Under the pieces are notes generated by a model. It saw only the letters and a list, made by a program, of their open reading frames with translations, made no database searches and had not been told where the DNA came from. Below are positions 1 to 12,200 of a stretch of DNA of 64,000 bases, one piece after another. Source of the stretch: a virus; the IMG/VR virus record IMGVR_UViG_3300045988_105143, positions 722 through 64,721 of that record. One strand, written 5' to 3'. The stretch's first letter is position 1, and the number at the start of each line of letters is the position of its first letter. Made by a program: the position numbers and the translations under genes.

Positions 1-567
1 GGACCTAAGGGTGATACAGGATTACAAGGTTCTAAAGGAGAACAGGGGCTAACAGGCGAACGAGGACCTAAAGGTGATACTGGTCCAAAAGGTGCTGACG
101 GTAAAGATGGCTTGCAAGGTCCACAAGGGTTACGTGGTGAAACTGGTCCTCAAGGTCCACAAGGGTTAAGAGGTGCTGATGGAAGTGTTGGTCCGATAGG
201 TCCTAAAGGTCCTCAAGGTGAACAAGGTTTAACACCTCAAATTGAATTTCAACTTGTAAATGGTAATTTATCTGTATCAATTACAACTGGCAATGATACA
301 AAGGTGAAAAACTTAGGCAATATACAAGGACCAAAAGGGGAGAAAGGTTTGCAAGGAGAACGTGGCATCCAAGGTACTATTGGTCCAGCAGGTCCACAGG
401 GACCACAGGGTGTTGCAGGTTTAAAAGGTGATACTGGACCTAAAGGAGACACAGGTCCATCTGTCGATGTATCGACTATTCAAAACCAAATTAATACAAA
501 CCTCGAGACATCCTTACAACCAATTTTAGATGGCTTAAAACGCATACAAGAGGAGTTAAATAAATGA
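1..567 (+). CDS. collagen-like (Gly-X-Y) tail-fibre protein, 5' end outside window
   Basis: Frame 1 is open from nt 1 ([16 protein letters not shown]...). Two long uninterrupted G-X-Y tracts flank a short non-collagen insert. The stop overlaps the next start (ATGA at 564-567). Confidence 0.8.
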   Translation, partial: GPKGDTGLQGSKGEQGLTGERGPKGDTGPKGADGKDGLQGPQGLRGETGPQGPQGLRGADGSVGPIGPKGPQGEQGLTPQIEFQLVNGNLSVSITTGNDTKVKNLGNIQGPKGEKGLQGERGIQGTIGPAGPQGPQGVAGLKGDTGPKGDTGPSVDVSTIQNQINTNLETSLQPILDGLKRIQEELNK

Positions 568-1511
568 TTATTAATGATATTAAAAAGGTGCTAGATAATA
601 TTGTGCAAAGTATTAAAGGTATTAAACTAGAAAATCAATCGCTCAATAATCTAATTAGCCAAATTAAACTCACTCTCACCCAACATGGTGCCAGCTCTTC
701 TGAAATAGAAAATACAAATATTTTAAATACAATATCTGCAAAATTGGATAATGCAGCTCTAGGTAATCCTGATGAGATTATTAAAAAATATCTTAATTTT
801 GAATTAGCAGTGGATATTACTCTGCCAGATAATGTTAATATCCCAGATAATTATCTGACAAGAGCATCTATTAAAACATTAAGGTATAATGGTACTGAAT
901 TACCTTGGATAAATTTAGCAAGCAATGCATCTGTTGATACAGTTGATATGCCAAATCTGGTGACTATGCGTGCCCGTTTATTAGAAAATGGTAAATGTAA
1001 AACATTAAAAGCACCCAACTTAAAACTATGTAGGGGTTTATTCCCATTCTCCAATGAGGCACCAGAAACTATCTATTTACCTAATCTGGAGCAAATGGAA
1101 TATAACGGACTGTATTATAACCAATCGACTAAATTTGTTATATTACCAAAAATTAAGAACTTATATGAAGATGCATTTTTAGCAATGACACGTGTTGAGC
1201 TAATTTATTTAGGTGGTAATTTACCAAAGGCTATTGGTACACGTGTTTCAAAAAACTATGTAGGAGAAACTAAGCCAGTATACGTAGTAATTACAAATGC
1301 TAATCCACCTCCATTGTATGACGCAAATAATATTAGACAACACAACCAACGTAGCGATGATAGGAAAACATACTTTGTAGTCCCAGATAGTACTAAAGAG
1401 TCCTATAAATCAGCAACTGATTGGAGTATGCTAAGCGATTATATTATTGGAAGAAGCGAATTGCCTGCAAAATATGAAACTATATTACAACAATATGGAT
1501 TGGGGGTATAA
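564..1511 (+). CDS. leucine-rich-repeat (BspA/LRR_5-like) protein, probable receptor-binding partner of the collagen fibre
   Basis: 315 aa. Four consecutive 22-residue repeats begin MPNLVTM / APNLKLC / LPNLEQM / LPKIKNL. The C-terminal tail ...[18 protein letters not shown] resembles BspA-type LRR proteins. Translationally coupled to the collagen ORF. Confidence 0.5.
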   Translation: MIINDIKKVLDNIVQSIKGIKLENQSLNNLISQIKLTLTQHGASSSEIENTNILNTISAKLDNAALGNPDEIIKKYLNFELAVDITLPDNVNIPDNYLTRASIKTLRYNGTELPWINLASNASVDTVDMPNLVTMRARLLENGKCKTLKAPNLKLCRGLFPFSNEAPETIYLPNLEQMEYNGLYYNQSTKFVILPKIKNLYEDAFLAMTRVELIYLGGNLPKAIGTRVSKNYVGETKPVYVVITNANPPPLYDANNIRQHNQRSDDRKTYFVVPDSTKESYKSATDWSMLSDYIIGRSELPAKYETILQQYGLGV

Positions 1512-3014
1512 ATGGCTAAGAAAGTTGGTAAAACCCAAAAAATACAAACGGTAACTCTTGTGGATTTAACTGGCGGTATGAACGTTGCTAAATCACCAGA
1601 GTTTCTAAAAGAAAACGAATGCGTTAATCTAGAAAATTTCGAATTCGACGTAGAAGGTGATAAACTACGTACTCGTAGAGGTTTAGGTAACCCATTATAC
1701 ACTTTTGATTCAGCTATTACTTATATATACAACGATTATGAAATGAATGATTTCTTTATTTTTTTAAAAAATAAGAAAATCTACCGATATGAATTTGGTA
1801 AAACACCTCAATATATTGGGAATCTAAACGGAACAGCTGAAAGACCAACGTGCACTAAATTCGGTGGTAACCTACTTATTGCCAGCGGTTCTAAGTTGCA
1901 GAAATATAATTATCAATCACTGGCTGAAATCTCACAATCTCCAGACGCAGACATTGTATTTGTTAGGTCTGGGCGTGTTGTAGTTTCAAAATCTGGTCAA
2001 GATTTACTAATATATTCCGCCATTGGTAACGATGAAGACTGGCATGAGAACTCCAATGATGATTCTGCACGTAAAGACGTAAATGTTGGTTATAAAGATG
2101 GTGGGGATATTGTTGGTGTGGCAGAACTCGCTACAGACCTATTAGTATTTAAAACTAATGGTCTAATATATACAGTACAAAATGAACCTAGCGACTGGAA
2201 TATTATGTTACTAGGAAGTAAATCAGACTTTATATCACGGCATGCTTGCGCTAACTTAGGCAAAGACGTCGTATTCATGTCTACAACAGGATTAAAAAGC
2301 TATGCCACTTCAATGTCATATGCTAATTTTGAACCAAAAGATATTGGCGAAAAGTGCAATCCTTATATTAAGAGAAGAGTTGATAGTCCTGTAATTTCTG
2401 ACCTACGTCGGACTAAACAATTAATAGTAAGCGGAGATAGTAGAAATACGGTATATGTATATCATTATGGGCTAAAAGCGTTCACAAAGTGGACATTTCA
2501 GCATAACATCACATCAATCTGTGAAAATAGATACCATACTTTAGTGTCAATGAATGAGTCTGATGCTGTTGGCAAAATCTATGAACTGTCCTGGAATAAT
2601 AAAACTGACAATGGTCAAGTTATACATCAGGAAATTCTCAGCGGAGAAATTAGAGATACTCATGACATGAATGTATATAGAACATATATTGATGTATTAT
2701 CTGATGTAAAAGGTACAGCCGATATTTCCGTTAATAAGGTAACAATGCACCACACATGGGAGCCTAGCGATGAAACCAAAGAGTTTAAAACTCAAATACG
2801 TGCCAACAAACTACAATTCAAATTTGAAACAGATACAAATATTATATTTAAGTTTGTATCATTTGATATTGTTATGGAACGAGAATCTATGGTTTCACAA
2901 AATTCCGCATCTTCTGGTAAACGTAGAAGTGGATTTGGTGCAAAAAAACGGTCATCTCATGATGATTTCTTAAAGGGACTTAATTCTTCTAGTAGTAGCC
3001 CATACGGCTCATAG
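1512..3014 (+). CDS. hypothetical virion protein (500 aa)
   Basis: Long ORF directly after the previous stop, with a GGGGG ribosome-binding site, inside the structural block. No motif recognised. Confidence 0.6.
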   Translation: MAKKVGKTQKIQTVTLVDLTGGMNVAKSPEFLKENECVNLENFEFDVEGDKLRTRRGLGNPLYTFDSAITYIYNDYEMNDFFIFLKNKKIYRYEFGKTPQYIGNLNGTAERPTCTKFGGNLLIASGSKLQKYNYQSLAEISQSPDADIVFVRSGRVVVSKSGQDLLIYSAIGNDEDWHENSNDDSARKDVNVGYKDGGDIVGVAELATDLLVFKTNGLIYTVQNEPSDWNIMLLGSKSDFISRHACANLGKDVVFMSTTGLKSYATSMSYANFEPKDIGEKCNPYIKRRVDSPVISDLRRTKQLIVSGDSRNTVYVYHYGLKAFTKWTFQHNITSICENRYHTLVSMNESDAVGKIYELSWNNKTDNGQVIHQEILSGEIRDTHDMNVYRTYIDVLSDVKGTADISVNKVTMHHTWEPSDETKEFKTQIRANKLQFKFETDTNIIFKFVSFDIVMERESMVSQNSASSGKRRSGFGAKKRSSHDDFLKGLNSSSSSPYGS

Positions 3015-3022
3015 GAGGTTAT

Positions 3023-3376
3023 ATGGCAACTAACGAAGATATTATTAAATGGATACAAAAATACAATAAAAAAATGGGGAATTTCTGGGACGATTGGGAC
3101 CTAGAATGGTACCCGTTTATTCATATATTTGAGGACGGCTCTTTCTTTACATATGGTGTATGTGGGGAGTATTTAGAGTGCGGTCCTGTAAGCATAAATT
3201 TCAATAAGGCTTTCCCCACAATGGAAGCCTATGCTAAAAGATTAGGGCTAAAGGGGGTATCAACAATTACCCCTCATAACCCAAAAGCTTATGCCAGATT
3301 AACAAAAAGCACACTTAAAGAGAAAAAATTTTTAGGTGGACAATGGCAATATTACTTCGTAAGGGAGGTTAATTAA
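3023..3376 (+). CDS. hypothetical protein (117 aa)
   Basis: AGGAGG ribosome-binding site 5 nt upstream. Tightly packed in the structural operon. Confidence 0.6.
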   Translation: MATNEDIIKWIQKYNKKMGNFWDDWDLEWYPFIHIFEDGSFFTYGVCGEYLECGPVSINFNKAFPTMEAYAKRLGLKGVSTITPHNPKAYARLTKSTLKEKKFLGGQWQYYFVREVN

Positions 3377-4455
3377 TGGGCAAAAAAGGCGGTTCTAGTT
3401 ATCATGAACGCCCTCTATCCGAAGAGGAAAAACAGCTTTTAAGACAGCAACAAATATATTTGTCTTCCATACAGCCTAGTATTGATAAGCTAGTATCACG
3501 TGGCACTCAACTGTTAGACAATGTAGTCAACCCAGACTGGCAATCAATTTATAATAGGACAATTAATGACCTAGACGGAATCCGCAAAGAACAGTCAGAA
3601 CTAGCAACAGGCAAATTACCACAAGCGTATGCTAATGCAAAAACAGACTACTTTAACCGTATCTACGAAAATACAATGGGTCAACAATTATCAGCTATGG
3701 CTAAAAAAGGTATAGTAGATAGCTCAAGATTTAATACTGCCACAAACGACATGCAGAAAAATATGGCGGCACAAATGTCGAAAGACTATACTGACGATAT
3801 TAAAACACAAAGTGGTTTATTAGACCAAAAATATCAATTTGCACAAAATCCTATGGAATTAGCTCATAAAGCAAACAAATATTCATTTGGTAATCCTGAG
3901 CAATATTTACAACTTGCACAGGGGCAAAACAAATCAAATACAGAGGCTATCCAATCTACTGGTCAACTTAACAACGGTCGTGGTTATGTAACCCAAAAAG
4001 GTTCTGGTTTCTTTGGTGGCTTGATGCAAGGTGTTGGTGCATACTTAGCATGTTTCCCTGCTGACGTTACTATTGAAACTGATTACGGTTATATCCCTAT
4101 CAATGAAGTTCAAGTTGATGATATTGTAGTGTCTAAAGATGGTATCGAGAAGGTATTAGAAGTTGTAGAGTGCGGTGAGCATGAAACTATGGTAGTAACG
4201 ACAGACAATCACCAAGTCGAAACCACACATACTCAAACAGTCTGGACACGTGAAGGATTAAAAGCTATTGATGAGCTAGACCTCGGTATGGAAATATTAA
4301 CAGATAGTGGCTTTGAACATATCACAGGCTTTACAGGCGGTCGTATCGTGCCTGTTTATGAATTGATATGTACTGGCTCTAATTTATTCTATGCGAATGG
4401 TATCGTAGTAGAAGGTTTTAATGAGGAGGATTTAAATGCAGGTTATTCCTTATAA
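3376..4455 (+). CDS. virion protein with C-terminal Hint (hedgehog/intein-like) autoprocessing domain
   Basis: GGGAGG ribosome-binding site. From Cys226 (codon 4051-4053) the sequence runs CFPADVTIETD... (intein block A), ...TTDNHQV... (TxxH block B), ...VYELICTGSNLFYANGIVVEGFN (block F/G-like). There is no downstream extein. Confidence 0.7.
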   Translation: MGKKGGSSYHERPLSEEEKQLLRQQQIYLSSIQPSIDKLVSRGTQLLDNVVNPDWQSIYNRTINDLDGIRKEQSELATGKLPQAYANAKTDYFNRIYENTMGQQLSAMAKKGIVDSSRFNTATNDMQKNMAAQMSKDYTDDIKTQSGLLDQKYQFAQNPMELAHKANKYSFGNPEQYLQLAQGQNKSNTEAIQSTGQLNNGRGYVTQKGSGFFGGLMQGVGAYLACFPADVTIETDYGYIPINEVQVDDIVVSKDGIEKVLEVVECGEHETMVVTTDNHQVETTHTQTVWTREGLKAIDELDLGMEILTDSGFEHITGFTGGRIVPVYELICTGSNLFYANGIVVEGFNEEDLNAGYSL

Positions 4456-4861
4456 CCCACAGACTGACCCTTGGTACCAATTTGGTAATGCATTGGCAAA
4501 TGGTCTTGGGTTACTTGCTGACAATAGACTAGCCAGAGGGGAAGCTAAAAATATTAATAGCGAATTAGCATCTGACCAAGCAGGCAAAATGCAAGGTTTG
4601 TTTGACCAAGTACGTTCTATGGATTCTATTGGTCCAGATGATTCCAAAGCGTGGAATGAAGCTACTGCTAAATTAGGTTCTATGGGCTATAATGGACCGA
4701 CTATTACAAGAGATAATAGAGCACAAATTCAAGATGGTCTATTAAAACAACAAGAATATTGGGGTAATTTTGATAGATTTAATCAAGGTAAGAGATTCCA
4801 TGATAGTGAATATCAAGATTATAATAAATATAAATTAGGTATGCCAGGACTTTTAGGTTAG
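4436..4861 (+). CDS. hypothetical protein (141 aa)
   Basis: GAGGAGG ribosome-binding site. Overlaps the previous gene by 20 nt in the structural operon. Confidence 0.6.
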   Translation: MQVIPYNPQTDPWYQFGNALANGLGLLADNRLARGEAKNINSELASDQAGKMQGLFDQVRSMDSIGPDDSKAWNEATAKLGSMGYNGPTITRDNRAQIQDGLLKQQEYWGNFDRFNQGKRFHDSEYQDYNKYKLGMPGLLG

Positions 4862-4871
4862 GGGGGATATA

Positions 4872-6233
4872 ATGGACTGGTCACAATACGGTGATGTATC
4901 ACCGAATGTACAGGATGCTATTATACAAGCCTCTAACGCTACTGGTGTAAGTCTGCCTTTGTTAGCTAGGATTGCAAATCAAGAAAGCGGATTTAACCCA
5001 TCAGCACAAAGTGAAGCTGGTGCTACTGGTTTATTTCAAACTATGCCAGAAACTGCTAGTGAGTTAGGCATCGAAGATATGACAAACCCATACCAAAGTG
5101 CTATGGGTGGAGCCAAATATATCGCACAACAATTACAAAGATACGGTGGCAATCTAAATAAGGCTCTCGCCGCATATAATGCTGGTCCTGGTAATGTAGA
5201 TTCTTGGATTAGTAATGGTTGGGATGGTTCACCAGACTCAATACCTATTGACGAAACACGTAACTATGTGAAGAGTATAGGTGGTGGATTTGATAATTCT
5301 ATCCAAGCGAATTATACTCAAGCCAATGGAAAGAACCCAATCAACCTACAAGCTATGTTTCAATTAGACGACCCAAATGAAAAAATTGATTTTGGTAAGG
5401 TTATGGGTATTTTAAACGCCCCACAACAAAACGTAGCCTCCGCTAGTGATGAAGCGTTACGTAGTGCCATAGCACGACAAGCAAGTCACACTGCTAGAGG
5501 TAGATGGGCTTCTCCATTTTATACTCAAAGTGACAAGCAATTAATGCAATCAGCTATTGCACAGGCACAAGAGCAAGCTAAAATGCAAAATAAAGCTACC
5601 CAATTAACTGGTGCAGGAGAACTTGCACAGATGATTGCTAATAGTAAAAACAGTTCTAATGCTGGTATGTTAGCAAGTTTAGGTGCAATGTTGGGTGTTA
5701 AATTAGACCCAATGGCTAACCGCTACATGAGTCAAAATGACATGGCGAAAATGGCAACAAGCTTTGCTAGGGAAGATAAAAAACTTGCAGACGAACGAGC
5801 TTTCAAAGCACAACAAGCAGAATTACAACGTGATTTTACTCGTGAGATGACAAACAACAAATTAGCTCAACAATTGGCTATTGCAGAAGCTAGAGCTAGT
5901 GGTAAATCTGGCGGTTCTGGTAGTTCTACAGGTCTACTGTCAAGCGATAAATCAGTTGACAAAATTATAGAACCTATGTCTGGTCTGTTACAAGAATTAT
6001 CAGACAAACCAGAGTTCTCACAAGGTGACGTTGATAGCTTAAATAGAGCGATGGAAGATGTAGCACTTAAATTATCATCTGCACAAGCTACCCCATATGC
6101 TCAACAAGTATTACGTCGTCAAATTAACGATTATGAATACGCTATCAGACATATGCAACAATCTGCATCTGGTAACAAATTAGACTATTCAGTAAATCCA
6201 GACGTACAAAAAATGTTTGAAAAGAAGGAGTGA
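4872..6233 (+). CDS. virion-associated lytic transglycosylase (SLT domain) with coiled-coil C-terminus
   Basis: N-terminal motifs NQESGFNPSAQS (catalytic E-S), GLFQTMPETA and AAYNAGPGNV match goose-type/SLT family 1. GGGGGG ribosome-binding site. Confidence 0.85.
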   Translation: MDWSQYGDVSPNVQDAIIQASNATGVSLPLLARIANQESGFNPSAQSEAGATGLFQTMPETASELGIEDMTNPYQSAMGGAKYIAQQLQRYGGNLNKALAAYNAGPGNVDSWISNGWDGSPDSIPIDETRNYVKSIGGGFDNSIQANYTQANGKNPINLQAMFQLDDPNEKIDFGKVMGILNAPQQNVASASDEALRSAIARQASHTARGRWASPFYTQSDKQLMQSAIAQAQEQAKMQNKATQLTGAGELAQMIANSKNSSNAGMLASLGAMLGVKLDPMANRYMSQNDMAKMATSFAREDKKLADERAFKAQQAELQRDFTREMTNNKLAQQLAIAEARASGKSGGSGSSTGLLSSDKSVDKIIEPMSGLLQELSDKPEFSQGDVDSLNRAMEDVALKLSSAQATPYAQQVLRRQINDYEYAIRHMQQSASGNKLDYSVNPDVQKMFEKKE

Positions 6234-6237
6234 TTAA

Positions 6238-9200
6238 ATGCCTACTTTAGGTCAACTATATGGTAACGACTATTTCCGTGTTGCCTATGGTCCTCAATAT
6301 AACGCTTATAAATATAAGCAAGCATTAGACCAGTCAGGTTACATCCCAAATGAAAATGATGGGCTTATTGATAGCTTTCAATCTGGTTTTGCTGGGTCTA
6401 TGGGTGGGCTATTCGGCGAAGTTGCTGGTTGGTCTAAGGAGAACGGTTACGACTGGGTAAATAATAATGCAACATGGGCGGCAAACAAAATGGGTGATAT
6501 TGCCGCTCGTAATGCTTATACTGGGACTCAAGATAGCGATGGCATCATGTGGTATGGTGCTAACCAAGCCGCATCAGCTCTAGGTTCATCTGTACCTAGT
6601 ATCGCCGCAGATGTAGCCGCTACAGCCGCTATGGATGCAGCTATTGGTACTGTTGTAGGTCCTGAAGGTACAGCCGCTGGTGCTATCGTAGGTGCGGTAA
6701 GTGGTGTAGGTAAAGGCTTATATAATTTATATAAAGGAACTCGTGCACTACAATACGCTGGTAAAGCCGCTAAAACGGCTGGTGCTATTGCCGCTGGTGG
6801 TCTCATCGAAAACGCATCTAACGCTGGTGATACATACATGACTGGTTTAAGTCGTGGTATGAGTCATGAAGATGCATGGAATGCTAGTAATGAAGCCTTA
6901 GATGAAGGTTGGGCTCCTGCTGTTATTAACTATGCATCTGACCGTGCTATGTTAGGACGTGGCATGAAAGGTATTTCTGGTGCTATGGCAGTTGGTGCTG
7001 GTGGTAAAGTATTAGCTAAAACTGCTGGGGCATGGGCTGGTAATGCTATGATTGGTGCCGCTGGTGAAGGTTTAACCGAAGCATGGCAAACACAAATTCA
7101 AGAACAAGCACTAGGTAATGAGGCATATGCTAATACACATATCTATGACCCATTCACATGGACTCAAGATATGAAAGACCAAGCATACGATGCCGCTATC
7201 GGTTCAGCTATGCTAGGTGGTATTACTGGTGGAGTACAATCAGCACGTGGGTATTTAGCTAATAGAGCAAATACAAATGTCAATGCTGATACTGTAGATA
7301 CAAACATTCAACCTCAAGTACAGCCACAAGAAGATATCCAATCCCAACCAGTTGTTGGTGAAATCGAAGATTTATCTGCTGTTGGAGCTATGCCAAACGA
7401 CAGTATAGACTTAGGCAGTGTTACACCAGAAGCATTCGTACAACCAGAACGTGGGGACTTTGATAACGTATTTGAAACTATGGGCAAACGATTTGCTCGT
7501 GGCAAATATACTAATGACGAAATCGACGCTAAAGCTCAAGCAGTTCAAGATACTGTAGCTCGTATTAATGACCTTTGGGATAATCAAATTGACGAAAATA
7601 AAGCTCCAGCTACTCTTCGAGCTAACGACTTTATGGAAGATTTTGTAAATGCTGGTTTGACTCCTAAAGAAGCACATGAAGCTTCTAAAGAAACTGTTAA
7701 GGCATTACAAGCAAAATCTCCAAAACAAGATACATCTATACCTGGTTCTGAATTAATCAGACGTGCAGAATCCGTTGGATTAAATCTAACAGACGCCCAA
7801 AAGAATGATTTACTATCTGAAAATCCTATTCGTTCAAACTATAATGCTGTAGCTGACGCTATAGAAGATAAGACTGTAGAAAATCAACGTAAAAATGCGG
7901 AATTAAATAGACGTAGAGCTGATACACGACGTCGTAATACATATTCTACTAGATATGATGATTCCATTAATAAACCTTTCCTAGATAAAACTCTAGGTAA
8001 GAAAAAATCAGAAGAAACTGGTTATCGTATTCACAATGCGATGAAACAACGTAAAGAGGATATTAAATCTGGTAAGAGAACTAAGTCATTAGAAAAATAC
8101 CTTGCTGACGCTGGTATTAATAATAATAACTACTCAAAAGAAGAAATGAATAATATTAAAGCTCATATTAAGTCCATTGATGATGGTATTAGAAACCGTG
8201 GATACAATAAAGAAGAGCTTAAAAAACTTAGCAAAGAAAATGTAGACGTGCAGAAAGCTAACGCTACATACGCAGAAGCTACACGTAAATATGACGCTAA
8301 GGACCCTCGTAATTCTGCTAAAATCGAGCAAATTAATAATATGATTGCCGATAGTATTATAGACCAAGGTAAACGTGGTAAACCTATTTACCGTTACGAT
8401 AAATATAAAGAATTTAAAAACAAAAACCGTAAATTATATAATCGTATCAATGAAGCTGTGTATGGGAATAAAAAAGAAGAACAAACTATTGCCAAACAAA
8501 ATACCGAAGCTCCTAAAACTGTTAAGGTTCAATATATTAAACCAAAATATAAAAAAGGTAGTTTAAGCGATAAAATAGCTAAAAACCCAGATAAAGCTGA
8601 AGAAATTAAAGCTAAGGCTTTGTCTAAAATAGAGCCAACTATACAAAAAGAAAAGGCTGTAAAGGAAAAACCTACTGGACCTATCCCATATGAAGATAGA
8701 CATAAAGGGTTTAATAACCTAACAAATGAACAATTAGATGCTCGTAGAGCTGATAGAGAACAACGTGCTATTAAATTAAAATCGTTACAACTACAAAAGT
8801 CAGAAAGTACTGATACAGCGTCATCAAAATATCAAGGTCAACCAGCACCTAAGTTTAACAAAGATGGTTCTCGTGCTAAAGTAATTGAGCCAACTGAAAC
8901 AGTAAAGCCTGTAGTAGAAGAGACTCAACATGCAGAACCTAAAACAGAAGTAAAACAAACTCCTGTAAAAAATACAAAAAAAGCAGAACCTAAAGAGGCT
9001 CAAAAATCTAGTAAGCAAGACGAAGTAAACGTACTTGCTAAAGCAGTTATGGTTGGAAAAATCAAACCTAAACAAGCCAGAGATATTCTAAATCAATTGT
9101 CTAAAGAAGCAACTGACAAAGAAAAAGAAAAATACCAAAAACTTAGTGAAAAAATTAAATATAACACTAATAATAAAGGTGAGTTAATTAGTCGTGACCG

Positions 9201-12200
9201 TAGTGATGAGGGTCGTGAACGAGATGCTCAAATCCTTAGAGATAGATTAGATAAATTCAAAACACGTCTTTCTAAAGAAAGAATGTCTGACTCTGAATAT
9301 AATGCTGAAGTGAAATCTATCGAACATCAAATTGAGAGATTCCGCAATACACACTTTGTTGAGGAAAGCAACTATAAATTTACTATACCTAAAAATAAAG
9401 TAGAAAGCAGACGTGAATTCCTTAAAAAACACGAGAACAAAGAGGTAGTACACCCACAATACTTATCTCTAGCTTTACTTCGTAATAATTATGATTTAGA
9501 TAGTGGTTTAAAACGCTGGATTGCTAAAGAAATTGGCTCTGAGTCTAACTTTGAAGATGGTGAACGCTCTCGTCATATTAAAGCAATGCTTATACATGAA
9601 TACGAACATATGATTGACATGTATGATAGTGAAGAAAATGCTTTAAAAGAAAAGCCTATGTTAGTTAAAAACCTAGCATCAGCTATCGCTGGTTCTTTCC
9701 CTAAAGAATCATTTGGTACTGAAGGTAATAAAGTTAGAAATAGACGTAATGAATTAATGTTCGGCGGTACAAAAGCACTTACCCCATTTAAGTTTAAAGA
9801 GCGTGATACTCTAATTAACTTCGCTAAGAAATATTTTTCTGGCGAACTTGAAGGTAAAAAGAAAGAAGTTAAACGTGAAGTAAAAGTTGATAATCGCAAA
9901 AACAATGGTAAAGAAATTGTTTATGATGTTGTAAGCGATAGCGTAAAACCTCTTGGTGGAGGTCAATTCAAGTTTAAAGCCAAAATAAACAACGACAACG
10001 AAGAAAGTTTTAACGAGTATTTACAAGAAGTTGGTATTGGTGAACCTGAAAATATTGTTAAAAAAGATGGGTATGTAGAATTCACATCTGATATCTATCT
10101 AAGCTATTTAACATTTACAGATATTACTGATAGTACAAAAAGTAAAACTGGTAAGGTTAATGTCAACATTTACAAAGCTAGGGGAGACTTAATTAAAGCA
10201 ATCCTAGCGGATAATGACACTGGTTCTTTTGCTATGTGGCTTAAATACTCATACGAAAAAAAGGGTAACGAAGGTTACGACATGGCTACTAAAAAGAAAA
10301 ATGTTAAAAAGCGTCTAGCTGAATTGACTGGTGAAAGTTATAGTTCCGCAGAATATGACGATGGTGCTACTTTATTCTATCCAAGTAAGGTTGAAGAGGT
10401 AGAAGCCGAGGATAGTATTCCAGATTATGGTATCTATCAATTAGGTTCTGAAGAAGATTTTAACGCACCTACATCTAAAAATTATAACACATTCAAACTA
10501 GCCGATGAATCACAAGAATTAACCTTACACAAAGGTCTCGAAAATAGACTTGGGGATGCTTATAATGATGTTAAAGAATATCTAACTAATGGAAAAGATA
10601 TTACTATCCAAGTAACTAAAAAAGGTACTGTGCCAATGTACATGCCTAAGACAGATACAATCTATTTACCAGAAGATAGAATTAATGTTACCAGTACATC
10701 ATTCCAACATGAATTAATCCACTCTGCCTTGCGAGATGTTTTGCTAAATCAAAAATCATCAGAGGGCGCTATTAAATTTGCTGTAGATATGGCTAATTAC
10801 ATCAAGGGAGAAATCAATGCTTACAAACAAAGTAATCGAGCAGACTCTAATACAAATGAAATGCCCGAAAAACCAACTTCAACCAATGAAGGAGAAACTA
10901 GCTCAATTCAAGGACAAACAGGAAATGACTCCACTACAGGTAGCAATACAAGTAGCAAAAGTGTGTCTAATGGAAGTAGCACAGAAGGACTTCAATTCAA
11001 CAGTCAAAAGTTGGAAGACTCTAGCGTGGGAGAAAGTGGTCAACGGAGAGAGTCTCAACCACAAGAACAAACAATTCAAGACAATTCCAGAAATCAAAGC
11101 ATGGTTCAAGGAAAGGATTCCACGCTCCGACGCAAAATGGGGGACGAAAAACTTCTTCGAGAATGGAACCTTGCAGAAGAACGCCTAAACACTATAACAG
11201 AAGATACTCTATTTGAAGATAGTGTTGGTTTAAAAGATGCAGTAGAAGACATTATTACAGACCCAGTAATGAATGTAGAAGATAAGAGTAACAAACTTTT
11301 ACCTCTACTTTGGACAGCAAACGAGATTGATAAAAAATTTGGATTAGATGAACGTGATAGTTTATTACGAGCAATCTATACAGACAAACTTATCAACCTT
11401 GAAGAAACTATGGCATATACTCTACAAAATGATTTGTCTCCTGCACATACAAGTGCATTATTTAGAACTGCTACACGTATACTACAAAATAAAAGAAAAG
11501 AAGATGTATCAACAAATACATATAACCAAACTGGTACTGAAACTCACCAACCAAATATCATGGAAAGAGCTGTAGGTTCTCTCAATACACTGATTAATGA
11601 GTTTAATAAGAAACACGACAACATAGAATTTGAAGCACGTGATGCCAAAGAAGGTAATATCTCTGGTTATGATATTAAAAAATGGTTAGCTTCACCAACT
11701 AAGTTTATTGAAAAATATATTCCTCAAATGAAACCTATTATCTATTGGGCAGAAGAAACGGCTGTTAAACAAAACAAGTTACAGAAAAATTTCATCAAAG
11801 CGTTAGATAAAATTAAAACTAACTTAGGCGAGGAAAATATTCATCAATTCAATAAATTAGCAAAAGAAGTTACTGACTTAGGTCGTGAATTTGTACAACC
11901 AGCTAGTGTAATGTTAAAAGATAAAGAGTTATATATTAACTTAAAACATGACGATATATTCAGAGAATTTAAAGATGAAATCGACGCCAAAAATCTTTAC
12001 AGCGAATTAAAGAAAGCTGGTAAGAATGTATTTATGGACTATAAAGATGGAAACTTCCGAGTATTTGGTAGCGACCATACACTACGTACATTTAATACAT
12101 TTGACGAAGCTGAAAAAGCCGCTCAACCATTACGTGACAGTATAATGAAGTCTAAGGGATATAATTCTAAAGTTGTTAAAGCATATAATGACTGGAGAAA

